Shown: piece by piece, positions 16,766-24,801 of the stretch | Numbering within the stretch: the first letter of the stretch is position 1 | Layout: the number at the start of each line of letters is the position of its first letter | Virus record (IMG/VR): IMGVR_UViG_3300026551_000004 | Span: 1-50,821 of that record | DNA: 50,821 bases | Origin: a virus | Taxonomy: Duplodnaviria > Caudoviricetes | Direction: 5' to 3' (one strand) | Program-made: the position numbers and the translations under genes | Notes under the pieces: model-generated | The model's input: only the letters and a program-made list of their open reading frames with translations | Database searches by the model: none | Told to the model about the DNA's origin: nothing

Positions 16766-17038
16766 ATGTTCGGCTATCCAATTTATCAACAGTCACAACC
16801 ACAGAAATCAATTAAAGAACAGATAGATGAATTAGAACTTCTATCTGAATTTCTGAAGAAGAAATATGAAAAGAAAGATGATAAAGGATCACCTAAGTTG
16901 AAAGATAAGAAGTTCTCCATATGGGAGGGAGGTTTAATTCTCTGGGTATTTAGCTTTACTTGTGCTGTTCCTATAGTTGGACTTCAACTGAGCAGTATCT
17001 ACAATCTATTTCAAACTATGAATAGGATGTTTAAATGA
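16766..17038 (+). CDS. Membrane protein
   Basis: GAGGAGG RBS; C-terminal hydrophobic segment. Confidence 0.7.
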   Translation: MFGYPIYQQSQPQKSIKEQIDELELLSEFLKKKYEKKDDKGSPKLKDKKFSIWEGGLILWVFSFTCAVPIVGLQLSSIYNLFQTMNRMFK

Positions 17039-17286
17039 AAAGACCAGAATTAAGACCCCATCATTTTGATGGGAAAGTTTCCAAAGTAGTTGAAGAATGC
17101 GGAGAAGTATTGCAGGAAATAGGTAAACTTCAGAGACACGGAGCCTTTGCAACTGATCCATCTGACTCAACTAAACACTATGATAACATTTCTCCCTTGA
17201 AAGCAGAGCTTCTTGATTTGCAAGATGCAATAGAACAATTACTTATTGAGCGAATATTTGAAATCAATACACACACTAGTACCTGA
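17035..17286 (+). CDS. MazG-like nucleotide pyrophosphohydrolase
   Basis: KVVEECGEVLQEIGK...AELLDL (EExxE...ExxD). Confidence 0.75.
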   Translation: MKRPELRPHHFDGKVSKVVEECGEVLQEIGKLQRHGAFATDPSDSTKHYDNISPLKAELLDLQDAIEQLLIERIFEINTHTST

Positions 17287-18124
17287 CGTTTACGAACTCT
17301 TACAAACGAAGGGATGGTACAATGAAACTCTACTTTCCTACTTCAGCGCTCAACTCAATACGAGCCTTAAAGCGCAATGGTCAGATAGTGACGGTACACA
17401 TCGCGGACTTAGATTATCTCGAATGGGAGATCAGTGTCCGAGAGCTTTATGGTACAGCATCCACCAGCCAGAACTGGCCGAACCTCTCCCATCTTGGGCT
17501 AATTTTAAATACACGTACGGACACATAATAGAGGCTTTGGCTCTAACCTTAGCTAAGGCCGCAGGCCATCGAGTTGAGGGAGAGCAGGATGAGTTGGTCG
17601 TCGATGGGATTAAAGGTCATCGCGACGCTGTTATTGACGGCTGTCTCGTGGACGTTAAATCTGCTACAAGTTTTAAAGTGGCAGAGAGCAGAAGGGGATC
17701 TTTGGAGAAGAACGATAATTTTGGCTACCTCGATCAGCTTGATGGTTATGTACTTGGATCTGCTAATGATCCTTTGGTTACTGTAAAGGACAAAGGATAT
17801 CTCTGGTTCATCGATAAAACCTTGGGGCACATGCATGTCTACGAACACACCGCGAGACCCGAACGGATACTTCATCGAGTTAACGAATATAAAATCGTTG
17901 TTGAGCGAAGCTCAGAGCCTGCTTGTACGTGCGGAACAAGACCAAGAGGAACATCCGGAAACATCGAACTCGATGTTAGAGCAAGCTATTCACCGTTTAA
18001 ACACAGCTGTTTCCCGCACCTTAGGACTTTCCTCTACTCTGATGGGCCGGTTTATCTTTCTAGAGTTTCAAAGACTCCTGATGTCCCAGAAATTAACAGA
18101 CAAGGAAGAATAGTTTATCACTAA
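17258..18124 (+). CDS. PD-(D/E)XK (Cas4-like) exonuclease
   Basis: LRLSRMG..CPRALWY, YGHIIE, GHRDAVID...VDVKS, YLDQLDGY; probable TTG start MKSIHTLV. Confidence 0.85.
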   Translation: MKSIHTLVPDVYELLQTKGWYNETLLSYFSAQLNTSLKAQWSDSDGTHRGLRLSRMGDQCPRALWYSIHQPELAEPLPSWANFKYTYGHIIEALALTLAKAAGHRVEGEQDELVVDGIKGHRDAVIDGCLVDVKSATSFKVAESRRGSLEKNDNFGYLDQLDGYVLGSANDPLVTVKDKGYLWFIDKTLGHMHVYEHTARPERILHRVNEYKIVVERSSEPACTCGTRPRGTSGNIELDVRASYSPFKHSCFPHLRTFLYSDGPVYLSRVSKTPDVPEINRQGRIVYH

Positions 18125-18470
18125 GACTAGGAATAAGTTCGAGGAAAGAACTCGAAGACAGTTAATTCGTGCCAAGATGGGGTATGGATATGAAACAGAA
18201 AAGATATCTTATACGATCTATGGCACTTACACCCCTGATTTTATTATCAATGACAATTGGTTTCTTGAGTGCAAAGGTTATTTCAGACGAGAAGATAAAC
18301 GGAAGCTTGCTGCAGTTAAACACTGCAATCCGTCTCTTGATATCCGGATCTTGTTTTATTCCTATAACGCCAGAGATGTTGAATGGGCAGTCAAGAACGG
18401 CTTCCCATACGCAATAGAAACCATACCGACGGAGTGGTTAACATGCAAACAATCTACACAATCGGCTTAG
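18117..18470 (+). CDS. T7 gp3-like endonuclease I / Holliday junction resolvase
   Basis: RNKFEE upstream of the ATG call; YTPDF, ECKG, DIRILF, WAVKNGF. Confidence 0.88.
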   Translation: MTKTRNKFEERTRRQLIRAKMGYGYETEKISYTIYGTYTPDFIINDNWFLECKGYFRREDKRKLAAVKHCNPSLDIRILFYSYNARDVEWAVKNGFPYAIETIPTEWLTCKQSTQSA

Positions 18471-18566
18471 GTCTAGAACTCTTAACTGGAATAGGTTTTG
18501 CAGCTATTCTATCTTTCTGCATAGGAGTTGCTTTGTTGCATGACTTCGGACCAAGAGGGGATTAAA

Positions 18567-18794
18567 ATGAAACCATATAAGGGTGAGATACACAATTGGC
18601 GTAGGATACACAGTACATTTCTTAAAGAAGGTTTAGGTTTTAAAATAGGTGGGACACCTGTAGGTCATCCTAATTTTCATGTTTGGATACTTACATCTGA
18701 AGTAGTTTCTTTTGGAAAAGATTGTATAACAGGAAAGTTGAAGATCATAACTCTTAATTCTGAATATTATTTAATAGGAGACGAATTGTGTTAA
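18567..18794 (+). CDS. Hypothetical protein
   Basis: GAGGGG RBS before MKPYKGEI. Confidence 0.55.
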   Translation: MKPYKGEIHNWRRIHSTFLKEGLGFKIGGTPVGHPNFHVWILTSEVVSFGKDCITGKLKIITLNSEYYLIGDELC

Positions 18795-19410
18795 AATTCT
18801 CAGTAGGTTTCTTTCTAGGAGTAACTGCTTGTTCTATTTATTGGATTAGTATGTCTAAGTGTATAGGGAGAGCTTGTGTGCTTTGGTACTCATTACCGTA
18901 GACGAAGTAAATAAAATACTCCAGACCTATACTTTAGAAGAAATTCTAGAATGTAATGAATATACTGAAGAAGAATTAGTATTATTGTTAATAAATGAAA
19001 TGGGATTTAATGTTCCTAAGCCGGAGCCATTACAATGAAATCAGACGCATTAATACTTGCTGAAGGTATACTTGAATACTTCTCAGACAAAGCTGATGGA
19101 CATTTTGTGTACCGTTGGGAACAAGATCGTTTAACCCATTATGCTTTTAAAGTTAAACAACAAGAAGAAATGCGTGAGTGGAACCTATGAAACATTTACA
19201 TCCATTACCTAAGAATTGTTTCTGGCCTCCTTGTCTTGAAGTATATGATCTTTGGATTAAAGAAGGTTGTACCAGATCCGAAGCTTTAAGATTATATTAC
19301 TTTGGCACTAAGGAATTAAAAGATGAAACATCCGCAAGATAAAGCACAACGATTGTATATAAATGAAAAGAAGAAACGAAAGAAGAAAGATAAAAGGGAA
19401 GTCAATGATA

Positions 19411-19584
19411 ATGGAGAAGACGATAGCTCGACAGAACATCGTTGACGCTGTAACTACAATGCTATATGCATTGTCTATTGTTGACGATGATAAAAAGATC
19501 ACTAACATTCAGTTCTCTGATTTGTTTGGTGTTTCTACCAAAGAATTTTGTAAACTTAAGATATTTATAGAGGAGGAGGTGTAA
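19411..19584 (+). CDS. Hypothetical protein
   Basis: ORF MEKTIARQ...; start uncertain. Confidence 0.5.
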   Translation: MEKTIARQNIVDAVTTMLYALSIVDDDKKITNIQFSDLFGVSTKEFCKLKIFIEEEV

Positions 19585-19588
19585 TACT

Positions 19589-19822
19589 ATAGTCCATAAT
19601 TACGCAAAGGAAAACAAGTGGGAAGACTCTAGTGCTCAAGTTAAGCGCAGAGAGGCGCGCAATAAAGCCCGTCTAAGCGCAAAGCGTCTGGGGAAAGTCC
19701 ACAAAGGAGATATGAAGGAGTTAGATCATGTTGGATACCACCGCACTGGTTCACTCGATCGCGTCCCCACCCGCGTTGTCTCACGACACGCCAACCGCAT
19801 CAGACAACCTCCACGTCATTAA
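19589..19822 (+). CDS. Small HNH-like phage protein (absent from the ORF track)
   Basis: VHNYAKE...REARNKAR...GKVHKGDMKELDH...RVVSRHANR; GGAGG 9 nt before ATA. Confidence 0.7.
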   Translation: MVHNYAKENKWEDSSAQVKRREARNKARLSAKRLGKVHKGDMKELDHVGYHRTGSLDRVPTRVVSRHANRIRQPPRH

Positions 19823-20006
19823 TCACTTCACAGAAGATGGCGTGGGTTATCTAGAAACAGCATCAGATATTGAGAACTTCAATAGTGCTGATGCTACTCG
19901 GTCATTCTTCCAAGACTCGGAAGATTTGACGGATGAAGATGATGATCTTGTAGAAGCAAGAGAACGTTATTTCGATGGAGAAGACGATACGGTTGATTAA
20001 CTGAGT

Positions 20007-20132
20007 AGACAGGACCTGTAGCTCAAGCAATAGAGTCCCACCTGTATGAGCCGGCGTGATCCGGTAGGAAACTGTGGGAGGTCCGGGGGATACGGTGAGA
20101 TCCCGTAATAAGATGCCCGGCAGGTCCTGTTT
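20007..20132 (+). ncRNA. tRNA-like RNA with expanded anticodon and T arms
   Basis: GGACCTG/CAGGTCC acceptor; TA; GCTC-AAGCAATA-GAGT D arm; CCCAC/GTGGG; AGGT; CCGGG/CCCGG. Confidence 0.65.
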
Positions 20133-20147
20133 ATTAAAGGAGAATAT

Positions 20148-20738
20148 ATGAACAGACAAAAGAAAGAACAGAGTAAGAGAATGAAAGACAATTGTGTAAC
20201 AACTAAGACAATTACAACTAGTAATGAGATAGGTTCAATTAGTACTACGTTTACACCTACATTATATAATATGTTATTCCCTTTTCGGCCTGGGGATTTA
20301 ATACCTACACAGGCTAAACCAGTACAGGAGAAGAACATGTATTTCAGTGAAGATACCCAGGACTATCAGGCACGCAATCGTCTCTATTGCCGTGCAGCAG
20401 ATGCCATTCGCGCTCATGAGATCCATCTTCGTGATGTGTATCATCTGAACGATACTGATACGAGCAAGTGGTCGCAGGAGGATGCTGTCCAGGCAATTAA
20501 GGACGGTAAGTTTACCTTCCGTCGACCGGATGAGGCGAAAAAGCCTGGTACTTTCATCTACTGTGGTCTCGATATTCGTTACCGTGATCCGGAGAAGCCG
20601 GCTGATGAAGTTGGTTTTAAGACCGCCCGTGAGAAGCTTTCCGAGGCTTTCGAGACGGTGGTCGATCATATCTCCGTCACCGATCCGAAGGATGCTCTGA
20701 AGAAGGTTGACTCCTTCCGTGAGCATAAGTTCCACTAA
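20148..20738 (+). CDS. Hypothetical protein (second in-frame start at 20337)
   Basis: AGGAG RBS before both ATGs; last gene of the left arm. Confidence 0.75.
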   Translation: MNRQKKEQSKRMKDNCVTTKTITTSNEIGSISTTFTPTLYNMLFPFRPGDLIPTQAKPVQEKNMYFSEDTQDYQARNRLYCRAADAIRAHEIHLRDVYHLNDTDTSKWSQEDAVQAIKDGKFTFRRPDEAKKPGTFIYCGLDIRYRDPEKPADEVGFKTAREKLSEAFETVVDHISVTDPKDALKKVDSFREHKFH

Positions 20739-20847
20739 TCCACGTGGGAACTAAGAGAGTGGATCATCAGAGGTCGGGTCAGTATACCGAAGCAAAAAGC
20801 GGGCTCTGATGTAAGAAACTACAAGTGCCTCGCAAGCACAAATGACT

Positions 20848-20881
20848 AAACCCCGGCACCGAAAGGTGACCGGGGTTTTTT
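20848..20881 (+). terminator. Intrinsic terminator at the junction of the two arms (possibly bidirectional)
   Basis: AAA-CCCCGG-CACC-GAAA-GGTG-A-CCGGGG-TTTTTT. Confidence 0.88.
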
Positions 20882-20930
20882 AGTGTCTAACGTGTCGTTT
20901 ACTGCATAAACGCACAAATTCTAGATTAAG

Positions 20931-22598
20931 TTATTTTGAAGGCTTTAATTTACCTTGTAGCATTTTAAGATAATCATCTTCTCTAATAGTCTTACCTTCA
21001 GCACGCATTGTATTAATCTTGTATTCATGTATTCTTCTCTGAAGATCTTCGACAAATGCTTTTTCTTTCTCTAGAGTCTGTTCCATTTCTTCTTTGAACC
21101 AGTCAGGTAAATCTTCCTTACCATATTTATTAAGACCTAAATTTTCCATTTGCCATCTTATCGCTGCTCTAGAAATGCCTAGTTCTTTAGCAATATTACT
21201 AATAGATTTACCAGATTCTAAGCCTTCTTTAATAGCTTTATCAAACAATCCTTTTACCACCCCTTTAGCAACTCGGGCCATACCTAATTCACCAGTCCCT
21301 ATAATATCCTCTGGCTTAACATCTCTGAGAATCTCTTTAAGCTTAGAACCTTCTATCTGATGTTTCTTAGCCAAATCTTCAATTGTCTTATCAGATATAG
21401 GAGAATAAGTATTATCTCTATCTTCGGGATTAAACGGTAATGTCTGGAACTTAGGTTGTTCAAATCTTGGATCATAAGCATCGAATGTTTGTTGTAATTT
21501 ACGGGGAGGAAGTCCGTGTTTCCACCAACCTAAAGGTTCTTTACCAGTGTCACCACGTCCTTCGGTCTCACCTGCATTTAAAGGTAAACCTGGTTTCCAC
21601 CAACCACCGTATCTATCATCAAAACTACTAGGTTTAAGAATAGTAGCATCAGGTTGGAACTGAACAGTACGTACTGTACCTGGTTCTGTTTCTTCCTTAA
21701 CTACCTCATTGTAATCAATATCAGGATTATCTTGACCAGTCTTCTCCCAACCTTTAAGAGTAGCTTCTACTCTATTATGAGTGAGAATAGCTAGGTTCTT
21801 GTCTTTATTATTTAATATAGCATCTCTAATACCAGCAAAAGATCTACCTTTAAAATCATTAAAGCTTTCACCGCCTGGAACAGGTTCATCCTGCTTGTTC
21901 TGGGCGTATTCTTTTAATACTGGATTAGAAGTAGAACAAGGTTTACCTGCGTGTTCACCTACATTCCACGTACGTAACCTAGGATCATACTGTGGAACAA
22001 TACCTAATTTCTTCCCTATGATCTCAGCAGTCTCCTTGGAGCGCTGTAAATCAGAAGCCACTAGTGTATCTACCCCTTTTGATTTTAACTCATCAGCGGC
22101 CTTCTCAGCCTCTTGGCGACCCCTTTCATTTAGAGACACAGGTTCCCAACCACGTACAGTATTATCTGCATTCTCTGTAGTTTCACCATGACGTACAATG
22201 TGTACATTTTTAGGTTCATCTAACTGACCTACTTCAGGAGGTTTAGTATTCTGTCTTTTTGTTTTATAACCAACACCTCCACCTTGTAATCCTTTAATCT
22301 CATACCAATCTTGTAACTCTTCTTTTTGAGAAGGATATAATTTATCATGCCATTGTTGAGATTCTGGACTACCAGCTTTATAAGGGTTTATATAATCAAA
22401 CTCATCTTCTTTACCTTCAGTATCGATACCTTTTAGACCAGCCATACGAGTATCTTGCTGGTCTTCACCGGCATTCATATGAGGCGTAATAGTTAACTTA
22501 AGTGGTTCTTTCTTTTGCGACGGATCAGCAACCATAGGTATACCTAATGCATGGTGCATTTCATCTTCATAAGAATTATCTGGTGTACCTATAACCAT
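20931..22598 (-). CDS. Multidomain protein: histidine phosphatase (PGM-like) domain plus C-terminal HTH
   Basis: HIVRHGETTEN, SDLQRSKET, PGGESF, ILTH; SISNIAKELGISRAAIR. Confidence 0.85.
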   Translation of the reverse strand: MVIGTPDNSYEDEMHHALGIPMVADPSQKKEPLKLTITPHMNAGEDQQDTRMAGLKGIDTEGKEDEFDYINPYKAGSPESQQWHDKLYPSQKEELQDWYEIKGLQGGGVGYKTKRQNTKPPEVGQLDEPKNVHIVRHGETTENADNTVRGWEPVSLNERGRQEAEKAADELKSKGVDTLVASDLQRSKETAEIIGKKLGIVPQYDPRLRTWNVGEHAGKPCSTSNPVLKEYAQNKQDEPVPGGESFNDFKGRSFAGIRDAILNNKDKNLAILTHNRVEATLKGWEKTGQDNPDIDYNEVVKEETEPGTVRTVQFQPDATILKPSSFDDRYGGWWKPGLPLNAGETEGRGDTGKEPLGWWKHGLPPRKLQQTFDAYDPRFEQPKFQTLPFNPEDRDNTYSPISDKTIEDLAKKHQIEGSKLKEILRDVKPEDIIGTGELGMARVAKGVVKGLFDKAIKEGLESGKSISNIAKELGISRAAIRWQMENLGLNKYGKEDLPDWFKEEMEQTLEKEKAFVEDLQRRIHEYKINTMRAEGKTIREDDYLKMLQGKLKPSK

Positions 22599-22599
22599 A

Positions 22600-24801
22600 T
22601 TATTGTGGCTTCTTCTTACCTAGTCCTTTAACTTCTTCTACCATTTTATTGAGATCATCTTCATACTTCTTCTGCTGAGCTGCGTGAGTATTAATGAGAG
22701 ACTGCATCATACCTCCGGTAGTGCTGGTCTTACTCATATCTACATTCATACTGTTCATCATATTATAAATATAAGCATCAGGATGACTACCTTCTGCTTT
22801 AGCTATATCAGCCATAGCATGTAAACCTATATTAAGTTTATCAAGAAGTCTTTGCACAGGATGATTCTTAGGGTCTACGTAACCTAATCTTGGAGTTGTA
22901 ACAGCTCCAGTAGGAGTTTCTCCAAATCCTCCTTCTTTCCCCCAAGTTCTAGGTGGCGGAGTATAAGTGTATTCATGCTTATCTGAATTATAAATAACAT
23001 TCTTACCAGCATCAAATTGATTTAAATCTAATGCTTGCTTCTGAAATTCAGTACTAATCATAGCACTCGTAGTAGATTTATAATTATCCCATAGACCATA
23101 TCTTTTAAACATAGGATCTGAGTCTAACCGTCTAACTTCAGCAGTTATCTTTGGATCAGTCATGGCTCCAAGCATAGTCCAACGATCTGGTTTATCAGAT
23201 ACAGTACCATCTGGTTGAATACCATTACGATTCCAAGTACTCAATACACCTACGTTCTTAGGACCGAAAGTGTATAAAATCTTAGCTGCTTTCTGTTCAT
23301 TAGGAATATTAGAATCAGGCATAAGACCATGAAGATCATCGATAAACTTGTTAAATACTTTAGGAGACTTTACTCCCATTTTATCAATAAAATTACTAAT
23401 ATCATCTTGTAAAGATACTGCTGGTTTTACTCCAGCAGATTGAGCTTGCATCGGCGTCATCCAACTTCTACCCATAACAAAACCATTAAAAGCTTTAAGT
23501 CTAGGTACAAGATTATCTTTCATAGAATCTTGTGTCATCTGGGTGACATATTGTTCCATACCTAACTTCTTAAGAGCAGACACAACCAATGGAGTCGCCC
23601 CAATTCCATTCTCTTGAGAAAGTAACTGAGTTGTAACATCTTGTTCGGCAGCAGCTTGCATTCTAGTCCAATAAGTTAAAGACCCAAAGTCTTTATCTTT
23701 AACAAGTTCAAGACCTGCGTGGAAAGTCTTCAATGAATTGTCAATATTAGTTTGATAGCCTGGATGCAATTGGGCATAACTCCATACTTCTTTCTGACCA
23801 GTTTGTGGGTTTATAACTTCATGCATTTCATTAGCTTTGGCATTCAAACCTTTTCTAATTTCTTGTTCATGATTAGCGTAGGCAGCTGAAACAGCTTGCA
23901 TATCAACTGCACTATATTGTGCAGGATGTTGCAAAGCATATTCCATTTCACCTACATTCTTAAATCCAAACTGTTCAGTCATAGCGTGCATAGAGTTAGT
24001 AACTAAATTATTAACTTCACCTATGAACACACGTTCAGCCATTTGACCTTGATCTTTACTCATAGCTTCATGAGTACTGATTTCTTCTTTAAGATTTCCC
24101 AGTTGGAATTTACGAGATTGAATAGCGTTAGCATAAGCCATTCCTTGTTCAGGAGTCCATTCACCTCTATGTACTTTACCCCAAGCATCAGCAGCATTGG
24201 CAGCTCCTAGTGCAGGACCAGAACCCATATTCTGTTGTATTTCAGATAGAGCTTTATTCTGGACTTCATTCTTCTTAGTTAAGAAACTATTAATATCTTT
24301 AAGAGTAGACTGATAAAGTTCATTAGCTGTATGAGATACCCCAGTTCCCTGTGCAATTCCTTTATCAATAGCTTGAGCATACATAGGAAATCTACTACGC
24401 ATATCTGAAGCTAGTTTATCTAATTGACCATAATAATATGTAGGACTAATAGCTCCATTGGCTCTAGCTGAACCTAAATCTTCTGCACTCCTTTGAGAAT
24501 TCTGAACTTCTTTAGGAGCATCTTCATTACCTTTATTAGGAGGATTAAGAAGATCAGTTTGAACATCCTGAAGCTTATTAAGATTACCTCGAAGAATCTC
24601 TTCTGATCCTGATTGTGCCTGACTCTCTACAACATCATGTCCCAGCTCTGCTGCACCATGAATAGCAGTACCAATAGTTTTACCTAGAGTCTCTCCAGAT
24701 TTATCTGGTTCAGGTGTTGATATAGACTTAGACCAACCTAACCATTCACCTTCAGCTTGTCTACCTAGAGGTTGAGGAGCACTTGAATCGAATGTTGCCA
24801 T
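22600..24801 (-). CDS. Internal virion (ejection) protein
   Basis: 733 aa, helical Q/A/N-rich; podovirus synteny. Confidence 0.65.
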   Translation of the reverse strand: MATFDSSAPQPLGRQAEGEWLGWSKSISTPEPDKSGETLGKTIGTAIHGAAELGHDVVESQAQSGSEEILRGNLNKLQDVQTDLLNPPNKGNEDAPKEVQNSQRSAEDLGSARANGAISPTYYYGQLDKLASDMRSRFPMYAQAIDKGIAQGTGVSHTANELYQSTLKDINSFLTKKNEVQNKALSEIQQNMGSGPALGAANAADAWGKVHRGEWTPEQGMAYANAIQSRKFQLGNLKEEISTHEAMSKDQGQMAERVFIGEVNNLVTNSMHAMTEQFGFKNVGEMEYALQHPAQYSAVDMQAVSAAYANHEQEIRKGLNAKANEMHEVINPQTGQKEVWSYAQLHPGYQTNIDNSLKTFHAGLELVKDKDFGSLTYWTRMQAAAEQDVTTQLLSQENGIGATPLVVSALKKLGMEQYVTQMTQDSMKDNLVPRLKAFNGFVMGRSWMTPMQAQSAGVKPAVSLQDDISNFIDKMGVKSPKVFNKFIDDLHGLMPDSNIPNEQKAAKILYTFGPKNVGVLSTWNRNGIQPDGTVSDKPDRWTMLGAMTDPKITAEVRRLDSDPMFKRYGLWDNYKSTTSAMISTEFQKQALDLNQFDAGKNVIYNSDKHEYTYTPPPRTWGKEGGFGETPTGAVTTPRLGYVDPKNHPVQRLLDKLNIGLHAMADIAKAEGSHPDAYIYNMMNSMNVDMSKTSTTGGMMQSLINTHAAQQKKYEDDLNKMVEEVKGLGKKKPQ

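Noticed and set aside
17258-18124. CRISPR-associated Cas4
   Set aside because: No cas operon or array; a stand-alone replication-module exonuclease is usual in such phages
19728-20000. 90-aa ORF as called
   Set aside because: Its 5' third overlaps the better-supported HNH-like frame; the acidic 3' part may be a real short gene, but its start is unclear
15551-20132. Canonical tRNA genes
   Set aside because: T and D arms are present, but no standard cloverleaf with a 7-nt anticodon loop was found
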